A DNA stretch of 64,000 bases, from NCBI GenBank assembly GCA_964247055.1, contig OZ176060.1, positions 1,550,001 to 1,614,000 of the forward strand, given 5' to 3'. Of the stretch, positions 39,541-53,975 are shown piece after piece (position 1 is the stretch's first letter; the number at the start of each line of letters is the position of its first letter). The DNA is from Paragordius varius (taxonomy: Eukaryota > Animalia > Nematomorpha). Both the position numbers and the translations under genes were made by a program. The notes under the pieces were generated by a model. That model was not told the DNA's origin. It was given only the letters and a program-made list of their open reading frames with translations, and made no database searches.

Positions 39541-42001
39541 ATAATATCTGGATGACCAAACACTAAAGACATTATCTACCCCTTGAACAACTATGCTATC
39601 ATTACAGGTAGTAATGGGCACATATGTTTAACATATAGAATATAGGACTTACTCTTATTATTTTGCATAAGGCTAGTTGATTTTAAATTATAAATAGGGT
39701 TTGAATTGGGCTAGGAAGATACCAGCCGAAGATAGATAAGCAACCTAAACATTCATTCTTTATCACATATGTAAACTTTTTTCATTACCAAAAAGGCAAA
39801 CACCACTACTTACAGGTCCAATTGAAACCGGAATAAAGATATTGGGATGTGTAGTACCGGCTGACGCAACAATGGCGAAATACCATCCAGGCTAGATACA
39901 ATGACAATGATGGATAGTGGCTTTGCGCACTAGCTGAAGCTAACGTGGCTGATTGAGAAGATTGATACACTATCTGGGGACTGTAGCGCAGAATCAATAG
40001 CTTTCAATAGGACATGTCTGTCTGATCTTGGATGTCCCGAGAGGAATGACGCTAACTGCACTATACAATCTTCTGCAAGGGTCACCTACCGGGCTCTACC
40101 GCAACATCATTGTTTGCCTTTGCCATTCAGGCATAATTATAGGAGCGCTTAGGGTGTCGCGTTAGGTAGGCAGAATTGGCTTCGCAGCGATTGAATAACT
40201 GTAGCAGTTTGGATGTAGCCTTAACAGAGAAGATTTATTTTTCCTTTATTATATTATTAAATTACCCTTTGCTTTATGAACTTTAATTTATTTATAATTG
40301 TCATTTACTGATTTATTTTGAGCAGGCCTTAAGCTATATTTAGTGTTGATCTTGTGAGACGGTTTACAGTGTCAGTAACCCACCCGGTCCGCCATAATTA
40401 TATTACATGTTACCATTAATTTATGAGAGGAAGGGTCGTCTTGTGCGGACAGTGGCGGTAAGGAGCAAGCCTGTCACACCCTTTTTTAATTACCTGGATA
40501 CCACTACTTGCATATATCTATAACGTATCACTATATCCTTAGATGTGATCCCACCCTTAACGCTACTAGACGGCTGTGACTGAATCACCATTTGGTGTAT
40601 GGAAGGACAGAAAGGGACATCTTTTGTGGACAGTGGCGACATGGGTTTGCCACACCCTTTTCTCGATACATCGTGACACATCCTTCACTGAAATGCTTTC
40701 ATGTTTATTTTAAAGACAATTAAACAAGAATGTAGCTTCTCATTGCAGTTCCAATTTCTATTCCCATGGATTTTGAAAAAGATTTCAAGATGAAATTGGA
40801 GTTAGTAGTTTTTAATATTAATTATGCAATCTTTGGATTTAGGTATAATTTACTTTTAAATCAATGGAATGGTCGATAAATATAATTTATACCCATTTTA
40901 TTTAAACTTATCAACAGTAGCCACATATACTTTGGTTTATATTTTATATTTGTATTGCCCACATGCATGCCACGGGCAATATGCGCTAATGTAAACTCAA
41001 GACATGGTAGACTCCAATCTGGCGAGACTGCTAATTGTGAGACCATGACATTGGAGCCGCTGATAATTGAGCCTGACTGATTACCAATCCTCGACATTTT
41101 ATTTGATCCGGATATATGCTCTGACAAATAAAAAGGGGTTATTGCAGAGTCGGTGGTTTATTTTAATATTTATTCCCATATCTTCTGGATATCACTTTTT
41201 GGAAATGAGTTATTATTTGATAATAAATATTTCCTTGAGTGGGTAACAATATAACAAAAATTTATTTGTGATTTTTTTTTCTTTCTTTTAATTAACGGGT
41301 TTTTTTGCGATTTATTTTATATAAGTAATATCATTCATGGTTATTCGTTTTCAATTTAAACTGTGTAGTATAAATAAAATTTTTTAACTGTATCTCCTGA
41401 TAATGCCTATAAATTTTGATTAAATATGTTTTTACGTTATTTTACGACGATTTCGACATTATAAATATTTTGGTAACCGCATAAATTACTATAGTTAATA
41501 GTGTGGATAGCTTTCTATATGTATGTCACCACCTCTAATTGTACCTCTGCAAACTCATCCCATGGAAGATTCTGATGAAACGACTTGCCAATCATTGTGG
41601 GACAATGAACATTCTGGGAGGCAATGTTGGAGCCATTGATACTTGAGCAAGGCTGGTTACCAATCTCCCACATCTCTTTTGGTCGAAGTTGAGACATAGC
41701 TTAGAGAAAGAACATCGCCACTTATCCGGGGTTAGCGTTCCAGTTAAAGGTACTGCTAAAACATGGTCGCACGAAGGGATAACGTTGTTGTAATGTCTAA
41801 TATCTCCAAAATTGGTCTACCTTAAAGGCCACTTTCATTTAGAAGCAAATGGACCCCTTCTACACCAAAGATAAAAGCTTAAAATTAACTATATATTTGA
41901 CTCGATCTACACCTTTGACATTAAAGGATTACAACCCTGTTTGTACGATTATTTAAAGTCAAATGCTTTTACTTACTTAACACGGCGAAACTAACATTTC
42001 C

Positions 42002-42045
<44 letters not shown>

Positions 42046-42899
42046 CTTGTTAACTATACTAACTTACAATATTACTTGTTAATATATATTTCCCTAAATT
42101 TTGGATTTAGTGTAATATGATAAGGTTATAAATTAGCTTCTCAAATATTCAATATTTAAGGATGGCAAATGAAAATTATGTAGTATATTTGAGTAGGAGT
42201 TTCATAAAATATCAAAAAAGAATATGGATAAAGACATACCATTTTTCAGTCAAAAACAGCAATTTATCAAACAAAAGCATAATTTTTAAAAAACATTTTT
42301 TCAAGAGGCAACCTTAATAAAAGACAATTGGCATTTGGTTAAAAAAATGATTTAAATTTAAAACCGTATATCCTCGGATTACTATTAAAGAATTTATAGA
42401 AATTAATTGTTTTTCTCATAAAATGACATTCTCGCGGGTATGTGCCACTTTACATCCTTCCAAATTGAATCATTAACTAAAAGCTAATGAATATTTTCAA
42501 ACACCAAATATCTTAAATATCTTTTACGATTTTTGAAAATATCGATCTGGATCAAACTACCCTTCAAGGTAAAATTTTAATTATATAATAAGTGACACAA
42601 TAATTATACAAATAATGATCGATATTTAAATTAAATGAATTAAAACTTTTATTTATTATATCCATAATCATTTAATACATATATTTATGTGTATATTTAG
42701 CCGTATTTTGTTGAAAACCATTAATTAATTTATATATAGATAAAGATATATATATATATATGTATTATATATACGTTCAATATTTACATAAATCCAACAA
42801 GTCAAAAACAATATATACATATATATAATGCTCTAAATATAAGAAAATTGGATATATTTATAGAATGGTTTATAGACAAATCTATATGAATTTAATTCT

Positions 42900-42905
42900 T
42901 TTATT
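42900..42905 (-). promoter_or_regulatory. Candidate polyadenylation signal of the membrane-protein gene
   Basis: AATAAA on the minus strand about 45 nt after the stop at 42951. Weak in AT-rich DNA. Confidence 0.3.
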
Positions 42906-42950
42906 AAATTCCTTTCGATACCTATTTTCCATGTATTTTACAAATATGAG

Positions 42951-43876
42951 TTATTTTTTCATTAATACTATTGTTGTAGTCCACAGGTTTAGGTGATAAA
43001 TCTTGAGATCTCTCTCTTTCTCTTGAATCCAATCTAAGGGTTGACTTTCAAGACTGTTGTTGGATGAACGCCTTGTTTGAAACATTATATGGGAAGCGGA
43101 AAGCGGCTTTCCCAATCCAATTGTTTTGTATGTTCCATCACTCATATTATTGCTATTAATTGGGGTTTCGCTCATTATGGGGCTTGACTCTATAATTGAA
43201 GCTTTTTGCCTATCTAATTTATTTACATTTGTTTTACGAAAATGATAGATAATAACAATAAAAACTGTGGTTGTGCAGATCGATGCAAAAACAATGATTC
43301 CAATCAACATCCAAAGCATTGGTGTTGTCTTAAACACATTTCCAAGAGTATTTAAAGACCCGGATTTTGTGCTAAATAAAGTTTCAGACAAAGCTTGGGC
43401 CTTGATTTTGGCTTGTTTATTGGAATTTTTTGAGTTAATTTCAAGATCACGATTTTTTATAGAACGTCGGTTTCTCGTCAATCTCAGTTCCCCGGATTTT
43501 ATATAATCAATACGGGTAAGTGGAGGTGTATTCGAAGCAAAAAAATCGCCACTCGCAATCATATCTTCGGTGCAAGCAGATTGGTTTAATTCCGTGAAGA
43601 TGTTGTTACCTTCCATTTCTCTATACTGAAGAACATGGCTGGAGCAGTCGAATATTTGTGGTAAATTAATTACGTCTTCCAAGGTTACTAGTGTGTGTTG
43701 AGTTACGTCATTTGATTTAACATTGAGACGCAGTAGATCTCGCCTTAACATGTTGGAATCTTTTAACATAGCTTTAACATCCATACCACTACAAATAAAA
43801 TTAGGTTCAATTTTATCGCCTTGTTTGGTCATAGCACATCGACAAGGTTTGCGATCCTTGAATATGGTACAAAATC
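42951..43876 (-). CDS. Membrane-protein gene, terminal exon: Cys repeat 5, RNRR site, TM helix, cytoplasmic tail
   Basis: Acceptor TTTTTAG at 43878-77, phase 1 (G-FCTIFKDRKPCRCAMTKQ). TM segment MLWMLIGIIVFASICTTTVFIVIIY is followed by HFRK. Stop at 42953-51. Confidence 0.88.
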
Positions 43877-44554
43877 CTAAAAATAATTATTTTTTATATA
43901 TATATATATATATATATTTATGGCCACAAAACACCTTCTGTAAAAATTAATTTTTCAATTAAATGAGAATAGATTATACAGCAAATGTGATTAATAATAG
44001 TGTTTATATATATACTTCAATCCTATTATTAATTGTAATAGCGGAATATTTGTGCTATCGGTCATTAACTCATATGCGTTAATATATTATTGTTATAAAT
44101 GATTTTACAATATTTCTCTTCCATAATTTAAATTAAACAAACTAATAAAATTTAGCTCAGATATGCTAAATTAAAAATATCTATTTTGTTGTATAAAACA
44201 ATTTATAAAATATCATTCATAAGAATATTCTTTATTTGAATTTGTATTATTTAGGTTAATTAATCCAAGAAAAACTTCGTTTCCCTTTTTCTGGTTGTAG
44301 AGACATAGTAAAATTAGCGATGACCAAAAACTTTGGGTGAAATTAAAATGCTTGCAATCGTCAGCTACTATCAAAGGGTTTTAATTTATAAAACTGTTTA
44401 TGCTAAGTCAGGTAAAGGGCTTTTTTTACATACTTCATGTTATAAAGAGAATGATTAATAACATATTTATTGGTAGGTGACAACGCATATTTTATTTCAT
44501 ATAAATATAATAAACCATTTAAAACTTAATTTTTTTATAATAAAAAAAACATAC

Positions 44555-45023
44555 CATTTGTGTTAGTGGGACATGACTGAAGTCCTAAAGGTAACACAAA
44601 TTCAAGCGTAATGTTATTTTTTTTAATTGGTTTGAATGTTTGTAGCGACGAGCAATCTCCTATCTCGACATCCTTTGTGGTTGAATTCACTATAGTCCAT
44701 TGAGTATAATTTATTTCATGGAAATCAGTTGATATTTGAACCTTATGCAATTCAGTTTGAGCAACATTATATGTATCCATGACGGATGTTAAGTTTGAAC
44801 CTTGACATTCAAAATGAATACCCTTGCCTTGATGTTTTAGTTTGGTAATATCACATTTACAAGGACTATGTTTAGCATACATATCGCATAATGATTTATA
44901 TGTGCGCTTGCACGCATTAACTCCAACAGGAACTTTAACAACCAGTTCTCCCCCTTTGACAAATTCGGTGAAACTACTTGTATTTTGACAATACCCTAGC
45001 GGTTCTATCAGATGGTCCATTTG
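44555..45023 (-). CDS. Membrane-protein gene exon: end of repeat 3 and most of repeat 4
   Basis: Lies within ORF 44535-45029. Acceptor AATGAAG (phase 0, an AAG and so less certain) and donor GTATGT at 44554 (phase 1). Confidence 0.85.
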
Positions 45024-46179
45024 CTTCATTAATGTAAATAATTAAAATAAGTGTTAAAATAAAGCAAAAGACAAATAGCATCTAAAGACCCATGACGCTT
45101 TATGCGTATCAGACATATTTTTTATGTATATTATTCGTAATTATATCTGAATGAATTTTTTTTCGCTTATATTAATATTAAAGGAAAATTATTATATAAA
45201 AATGTTCCAGATAAAATAAAGTATATGTGATCATTATATACCATTTACTTTACTATCATAGGTTCAAAAATTTATATAAAATTCAAGCCAAGATGGGAAA
45301 ATCTTTTCAAATAAATAATTTGCATAGCCTCAAATTTAAATACAAATTGATCAACTTAAACAATTAACATACGGATATTATTAATTCAATGCGTATTTTT
45401 TTTATTTTTACTGGGGTTTTACAGGTCATAGATAATAACCGCGACTAGAACCATAAACGAAACGTTTTAAACACATGTCTATACGATATATGAAATTCCC
45501 GAATTCCCATATCGTTTTAAACTCGGTCTTAAAAATTTCAAATTTAATCTAAACATAAATTATATTTATGTAGTTTATTATAAAAAATATTTATTTTTGG
45601 CATTGTTTATTATTTCTAATATACGAATTTTGTTGAATTATTCATTTTGAGTCTGTTAAATTAAATTAGTCAAATACATTTTTATATCGCATTATCAAGA
45701 TTATATATTTAACGAGATATTGCTAAAACACCCTTCAAGGCAAACTATTCATAAAAAAATTAAGACACTTTATTTTATGATAATTAGCCATTAAAAATAA
45801 ACAAAAAAACAAATGACTACAAAATGGTATTATAAACAATTATTATCATCTAATAATTTATGAAACAAATAGTTTATACGGCCACCTATAATGTAGAAAT
45901 GATTTTCATTGGTGTCATTAACAAATTTATACTTCCAAGCCAGCAAAAATAGCAACCAAACTTAGTCATGATCCTAATTAACGAAATCTATCAATCAATA
46001 AAATAAGCGATTCTGGCTACAACGATAGAAAAATTGCAAAGATTTTAATTATGGATATATACCATAAAAAAGACCACTCCTCTCTCTTTATCAATTATTT
46101 ATTTGTTTTATTGTTGAAAAAGGGTTTTAGTCAGCTTAACTCTGACAACTTTTATATTTTATTATATTATAGGATATAC

Positions 46180-46345
46180 GGGAAATTCTAGTGTGGATTC
46201 AACAGACTCAAATTTTACGTCCCAATTCAAGATGGTTCTGAAATCGTTTTGAAGTTTATTATAGGCCTCAAGCATTTGTTTGGAATCAGTTCCATAACAT
46301 TGAATATCAACCATATTTTGTTGATGAGAATTTTTCATTACACAT
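46180..46345 (-). CDS. Membrane-protein gene exon: first half of repeat 3
   Basis: Acceptor CTAATAG (phase 2) and donor GTATAT (phase 0). Reads CVMKNSHQQNMVDIQCYGTDSKQMLEAYNKLQNDF...LEFP. Not in the ORF track. Confidence 0.82.
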
Positions 46346-47202
46346 CTATTAGATATATGATAAAATTACATTACATATTAATTAAATCCACCAGCAATTT
46401 TAAAATGATTAGTGTAATAACATTCTAAATGTGAAAATTTCCTATACTTTAGGTTTTTTATTTTAAATAATCCACCTTACACTATCTTTATTATTATTTA
46501 TTGATAGTAGCGTATGGTGTAAAGTTGACTTTTTGATTAGATATGGTACGATTCGACCGGTAATGAATGCGATTGATGTTCACAATAATGCCCGATTAAA
46601 AACGTAAATAGCCAATTTTTTATCATTGTTATTGGTAAAAATGATTTAAATATTTTATTAGAAAAATTCAAAATTTTTGTTAATTATAAATATTTTACGC
46701 GAGACTGATCAAACCCAACCCGGTATGAGATGTATTATGGTCGGCTTTATGAGTAAAAAGTACGGCAAAACGCAGTTTTGCATCAATATGTATTTGTTGA
46801 AATGAAATAAATTATATTAATGGTTTTGCTGTCAAATAAATCGTGTAAGTTAACACATCTACCTCCTATATAACTGTTAAAATATGCTATTTTATTTTCC
46901 TTAAAATATATCTATAAAAGCTTTCTTACTAAAATATATATGTATACAAATCCCTGAAGTGTTATTGTCTTAGGAGTTTAAATTAAATATATATATATTT
47001 AACACTTATAGTTGCAAGGAATAATACATCAGATTTTCATTTTTAAAATTATTTAGTTAAACTATAATCTAATTCTAAAGTTTTTGTAAAAATGTCTAAA
47101 ATTTATCTTGTGCGGCTTCTATATATATAGAAAAATATTTTTATATAGGAAAAAATAAGCGTTATTATTAAAATTTTTATTTGATTATTAGATATGCTGT
47201 AT

Positions 47203-48482
47203 CAGAAGTGGCTACGTAGACCGCGGTCGATTTCGTGCCCACGAGATTCCAAAACTTGCCCGCCTGAAAATTATTTAAAAAATAAAAAAAATATTTTCGC
47301 ATGGAATTTTCCCACAAAATAATGATTTAGAAAAAAGATTTTCACCCAAAAAATAAACTTGAAGATAATGCCATTTTTTTATCATGTCCGTATTGATGTG
47401 GAAGATATAGCGAAAAAACTCAACCTTTTTGAGATTGAATATTTACGAGATTCGGAGGAAGATATATATTAATTGCGACATTTGTAAATTATTAGCATTA
47501 GAGAATATATAAAATTTATAAATGAAGATAAATAATATAAGATTGCTGCACTTTTCATTTTTTTGCCACATATTTATGTGAATCGGTTTTTTTTATAAGA
47601 ATGTCATTAAAAGTAAACAGAGATCACGATTAAGTGATATACATTTGGAATCTTGCCTGAGGATTGCACTGAATTCATATGAACCTAATTTGAAAATCTG
47701 AAATTATGGCAAATCTCCTTAAATATTTAAACAAATCAAGTATTCCCACATTCCAAATGTTTATCAGTTAACTTAGATTTCTGAATTATTCTGCACCCAA
47801 ATTTGGCAAATTTTCAATTAAAGAAAATGGTGAGTATTTTAATTTTACATTTAACGGAGATAACATAGCAGTGCGAGATTAAATATTGTCAAAAATATTT
47901 TCTCAAAATGATTAATTAGGAAAGCAATATCATCGGCATTTTTAAAATAGATTATGTCATATTAGAAAAATGTTATAAATCATTGTTTTTTAATTGATTT
48001 GCAATGTGCAATAGAAATTATATCAAAAAGCAAGATGATTTTACATTTGTGGATATGAAAAATTTTTCAAAAATAGAGATATTCGTGATAAAAATTGTAG
48101 TAATCCTTCTATGAATGCACCACGATATAACCATCTTACATCTGTCTCTTGTTCACATGCCAACAGCGATTCCATTTACTATACTTAAAACTACGGCCCG
48201 ACACTTTCTATTTGATGAAATATTTTATCTTCAAGCATACTTATAGTTGCATAATCCATAAAATCTAATAAATTATATCATTGTGCTAAGAACTACAAAT
48301 TCATTTTTTACATTAATCATCTAAACTCCGTCACAAGATGTACAATTAATTATCCTCTATAAATTTAATAAATTGAATAATGTAAATGTTCTAGTATGTA
48401 ATGATTGACAAACAAAGGTCTTCTGAATCATCGAAATAGTATTTTAATAAAATTAAGATTTTAAAAAGGTTGGCCACCCCTG
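47203..48482 (-). mobile_element. hAT deletion derivative in an intron
   Basis: Termini CAGAAGTGGCTAC / GTTGGCCACCCCTG with subterminal GACCGCGGTCGA. The minus strand reads ESLLACEQETDVRWLYRG (hAT TEVRWLSRG). About 48000-48420 is homologous to about 49870-50280. Confidence 0.8.
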
Positions 48483-48820
48483 GTATATATATCCATTTCG
48501 ATTATTGAATTTATATAATAATCTTTAATTTAATGCATAACTTTCATCAATTTTTTAAGAATTAACCATCCACGCTTTCCTTTTGTTTTATTTAATAAAC
48601 ACAAGGCTTTAATGTTTAAATTCTTTAGAATTTTTTATTAAAAAAAGCATGACAAAGTTCAAAGCGATATTAATGTTTTGGGCAGGTCCATAAAGTTATT
48701 AATTTATATTATCCATTTGTAGTAAAATTAATATTAATTTTAATAAACATTTTAGTTTTATGCAAACACTATATTATACCTGATTTTACGACACTAAGAA
48801 TAATATTTAAAATCCAATAC

Positions 48821-49002
48821 TTGCAAGGATAGTCATGCGAATGTTTTTGACACTTTTCCATTAGTGTAGTTTCTTTAGAATTGCAAATAGATGCTTTGTA
48901 CGGAATTAAAACAATAACTTCTTTAGCCGGCCCTGAATGAAGTTGAAGTGCTTTTCTATTTTCACAATCGACAAAATTTACCGCTCCATCCATTAATCTA
49001 TT
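48821..49002 (-). CDS. Membrane-protein gene exon: second half of repeat 2
   Basis: Acceptor TTTTTATAG (phase 0) and donor GTATTG (phase 2). Reads NRLMDGAVNFVDC...IPYKASICNSKETTLMEKCQKHSHDYPC. Confidence 0.85.
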
Positions 49003-50339
49003 CTATAAAAATATTAGGTTAAATACATTTAGAATTCCAAATTATAATGTGATTAAGTGAATTGAACTTTGTTTGTAATTTAAAAATAAATTTATAATTA
49101 TTACAAACAAATTTTAAATCAGGGAAACTATCTGTACAAATATTTATCATATATGGGTGGCCAAACGGTCGACCGCGGTCGACTTCGTAACCACTTGAAA
49201 TTAAAATATTTTCCTCCATAAAATATATAATTTATTTTTTCCAATTTATTTTTATTTTATGTTTAAAAAAATTCTTGTTAACAAAATATTTATAATTCAT
49301 TAACAGTTTAAATTTAGCAAAACAAAGCAGGTATTACCAAACTTATATTTTAAAATTAAAAATGGAAGCAAGTAAATGCTAATATATATTGTTATAGAAT
49401 TGACTCAGAAGAAAAATATAATTGAATATTAATAATAGTACTTGTTTGATATGCAATTTTACTGTGGCTTTGCCTAAAACAGCAAATGTCTAAACAAAGT
49501 TTACTACGCTTTATTAAAAAATACAGTACAGATATTCTCAATTTAAAAAAGCTATTGAAATAACCACCAGAAGCTGAGAAATACTGCAGAAATAAAAAAA
49601 TCATAATTGCAACTTACAAAATATCAGTCCTATTACAAAACACTAAATCTTTTCAGGACAAAAAAAGGGTTTATTATAGCTTAAGTTCTATTGAAAAAAA
49701 GACAAAAAATATTATGAATTAAAAAAGGCTTAGAAACACAATTATGTGGAGAGGTAATGATCCTCAAAATTTTACAGAAATTTTACATATTTTTAAATGC
49801 AGACGTCACAGAAATATGCTTCGAATTACTGTTTTTTAATTAATTTGCAGTTTACAATTTTTCTGTGATAACACATCAAAAAGGATGATTAGGAAGCGTT
49901 AGATCCATTTGTGGATATGAATAATTTTTCTAAAATAAATATATTTGTGATAAAAATTTTCTTAATCATTCTATGAATGCAGCGCGACATACTTATATCT
50001 GTATCCTATTCACAATGCCAACAGCAATTCCATTTACTAAACTTAAGACTGCAGCCCGACACTCTTTTGATTTGATTAATTTTACTATCTTCAAGTATAC
50101 TTATTTATAAGCTATGCATAATCCATATAATCTAATAAAATAGATCATTGTTTAGAAATTCATTTTTTGCTCAATCATCTAAAATGTCACAAGATGTACA
50201 GTTAATTATCCAATGTAAATTTAAAATGTATAGTGTAAATGTTTTAGTAATTCTAGTGATTGTGGCAACCGAAGGTTTTTTGAAAACATTTTTTGAATGA
50301 TTATATATAAAATAACTACTAAAAAAAATTATTTTTCAA

Positions 50340-50661
50340 TATTATTATAGCTGTAACTTACATTTATTACCACATCGTTTCGAAAGAAATTAATTGCTTA
50401 TTTGCATGAACGTTTTATGTATTATTATATTAGGGAGAAAAACCTTGATCAACGTTTTTAGAATTATTATATTATTGAATAAATTGTATACTTGCAGGCA
50501 CTCTCCCTCTATGAATTCTAATATATTTATACATCATTAAGTTACGCATATATGTACCAGTACGAATATATATATATATATATATATATATATTGATATA
50601 CTTCGCACCTTGTATTTTTGAATACAATAAATATATCCTTTAAAAGTGATCCCATCTTACA
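50340..50661 (+). repeat. 5' LTR, containing (TA)n and followed by a TGG PBS-like start
   Basis: GTAACTTACATTTATTACCAC and TTGCATGAACGTTTTATGT blocks are shared with 53976-54311. It ends CCATCTTACA. Confidence 0.85.
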
Positions 50662-53600
50662 TTGGTTAAGACACAACGACGGAAAACCAATGAACATAGT
50701 AGCTTCAACCGCTATTGCCAAAGTATCCATAAAAAATAAAACAAAAACATCGATCGTTTACAATATGGTTACAACAATAAGAATATCAATCTTTAAATGC
50801 CTACCGACAACCAATGGCAAAAACGTCGACAGCATGCAGGCACTGTGGCAACACGGACGCGCCCAACAAATGTCCAGCAAACGGACGTGCAAAAAGTGTA
50901 GTATACTTAATCAATTCGCAAGGATGTGCCTAGCCAAAAGACAGAAACCTAATTTTTATCGAAACTGTTGAAGGATATAACCGTATGGCCAAACTAGCTC
51001 AACCGTTGGTTGTAAAAATAATAATAAGAAGCCGGATGAATTAATTTATTTACTACACCGGTTCAGATATCAGTGTGAACTTTGCAACATAGCATCAAGT
51101 GGGCAAGGTGAAATTCCGCCCGACACCTCCGCTCAAATCGTACAATAAGACCACAGTGATGGGCATCCCAACCATGAACTTGGAGATAAACTGTAAACAA
51201 ATGACGGGGGGCATGTGTCCTGAGTAAACAAATGGGGATGGCACCACTTATCTGTGTATTATACTGGGCGGCCAAATTCCAAATTAAGATGCTACAGGTT
51301 AAAGTATATTATTTTATAAATTAAATTTGCGCATATTTTAGGAACTTATTCGAAAATAAGCTAAGATGTTATAAAGACCCAGTAAAAATTCGCATTGCAG
51401 CGAATGCCCAGAAAATATGGCCATGTCGCAGGTGCATTTTCCATTAAGAGAAAAGGTGAAAGAGCTGACGAAGCCAAAAGGTTAGGCATCCTAAAACCGG
51501 TCGATCCTAACAGTACACCTGTGACATGGGCCAAGTCTAAGGTTAATGTAATTAAACCGAATGAACAGCTAATAATATGCAGTGACCTTCGAGTGACGAT
51601 TAATAAGTGGTTCGAAGAAGACTCTCATATACCACGTTTGATGAGTTGGTGTCAAAATAGGCGAAGGTCTAACATTTACCGAAATTGACCTAAAAGAGCG
51701 TACCTCCAGATGCCAATGGCAGAGGAGCAAGAATTATCCATTTCGACAGATACAGTTTTTTTATATAAACGCATGCCGTTTGGACTGGCCACGGCACCCA
51801 TCATTTTTCAACGGCTGATGGAACAGATGCTAGCCGACAGTCCGGGAACCTGTGTGTATTTGGATAACATTTTAGTGACTGGTAAGAACGGAAAGTGAAC
51901 ACATTAACAATTTAATAAGGTATTCGTCTCAATAAGCCCGGATTCTAATCAAGACAAGATAAAATAATAATAGGTGCAGAATTAGTGAGCTATTTGGCGT
52001 TTGCAATATCGTAAAAGGGTATAAGCCCGAAAAGCAAAATCAAGGTAATTAGGGAATTAAAAAGACCTGTTGATAAAAAGTCGTTACGTAGTTTTTTAGG
52101 ATTTCAGACGTTTTATCAACGTTTTATACCAAAATTACAATTGATAGTCGGTCCCTTAGATGAATTAACATATAAAAATACAAATTGGTCTTGGACCGAG
52201 AAACATGAAAAAAGCTGGGTAGCAACTAATATTTGTTAAGCAAAAAAGTCTTTTCACCATATAATCCTAATAGGAAATAGATACGGATGCGGGGTGCATT
52301 TTAAGTCATGAGGTTGATAATGAAAGGGTACCGATCGCGTATGCCTCGCAAACCATCGCCGAACGGAACTACTCCACTATCGAGTAAGAATTGAAAGAAA
52401 TATTGTTTTTTCTAAGAAAGTTTCAAAGTTTTGTGTATATTAGAAAATTGAATATTAACCGATCATTTACCACAAGTAAAATTACTAGAGATCGAAACTT
52501 AAAAGAAATTAATGCTAAAGTGCTTTGAAGGATCAATAAAACAAATGAATACGATTTTGAAATAAGTCACTAAAAAGGGGCTCAAAATGGAGCCGATTAT
52601 TTATGATGGCTGATTTAAAGATCGATGCCTGTGACAAAGATTATGCGTACCCGATACCTGTGATTTTAAAATTGCTATAACGTGCGGTTAAGCAGAGACG
52701 AAATTCGGAGAGAAACCGCGTTGATACGGTATTACAAAAATGATTAAAGCGTTAAACAACCATGACTGAAGTCCAGAACTAGAGAAGTTTGTTACCCGTA
52801 ATGACGAATGGGCATATCAATATGGCTTGTTAAATTTAAATCAACGGAATATAATTACGAAACCCTGCAAAAGGAGGTGGTGAGATACCTACACAGCGGT
52901 CATAACAACGTAGAAACCATGAAAGCAATGGCCAGATTTACGTGTTATTGGCCAAAATTAAAAAACGACCTGGTAAAACAGTAGTCAGTGCGAACTGTGC
53001 CAACGTAGTACGAAATGGGTACGAGCAAAACGTTGCTGTGTGGGAGCGTTTGCATTTTGAAGCCGGACCGGTAGACGGTTAGTTTTGGTTGTTGATAATC
53101 GATAGCGCCGCTAAATGGGCAGAAAAATTTATTAAACGCGAATGTAATCCATAAACTAAAAGAAACTTTTGCAAGGTTTGGTTTTGCAGGAGAGATAATT
53201 AGCGACGCATTGTATTTTAACAATGATTACTTTATACGTCAACCTTAAGTAAGTTAGGGTCAGACATATTAAAGTTACCCCTACCATCCTAAAAGTAATG
53301 GGATGTTAGAAAGGTTAGTAGGTACGATAAAATAAATACAAGAGAATAAAAAATAGTGCGATATCTACACACGAAGCTTTTTACACTAGCTTATGGGCGC
53401 ATAGAAACTCTATACACTCGACATCGACAACTAAAGAAACTTCGTCTCAATTAATGTTCAAGCGAACACCCCATACCCCCTTAACCTGGTTAAATAATAG
53501 GGTGAGATTGTTAGATGCACCGGCCCCTCGACGTCAGTTTCTGATTAATCCAGTAATGATCAAAAATGAACTAAGTCCAGGTTGACACGCCGGTGAGATC

Positions 53601-53975
53601 ACGGACCGTAGGTTATTGTCAAACAAGGTGTGGGACAAAGACCGGGAGAAACTCGTGAGAAAACACGTTGATCAACTCATACACCATCACGCAGCAATCC
53701 ACCATATCAAGTAACACAATACTTTAGCCACAACAGCAACCAACCACATCAAGCAATACAAGTGATGAGGATGTAACCACTGGGGACGATGTTATAACAG
53801 CCAAATCTCGACCAAACAGCCCGATTCAATGACGAAACCGAATCGATTACCCAGACAACCACAAGCCTAAACAATAATAATACCCAGGAACCACCGACAA
53901 CCAGCTCCCTCACAAAAATACAAGAAAGACGGTACCCAACAAATATTCAAAACCCGTGCGCTAAGAAGGGGGTAG

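Noticed and set aside
44980-45080. Signal-peptide-like frame MLFVFCFILTLILIIYINEANG on the minus strand
   Set aside because: It is out of frame with the exon and soon stops. It is a translated polypyrimidine tract of the intron.
49019-49219. ORF 49019-49219 as an exon with a 24-nt intron before exon 49002
   Set aside because: Its 5' third is hAT terminal sequence, and the 24-nt GT-AG splice creates a TAA. The proper phase 2-0 exon is at 54612-54780.
50618-53223. Gypsy ORFs as a functional retrotransposon or a domesticated gene
   Set aside because: Gag and pol are fragmented by many stops and frameshifts, the LTRs are diverged, and no TSD is visible.
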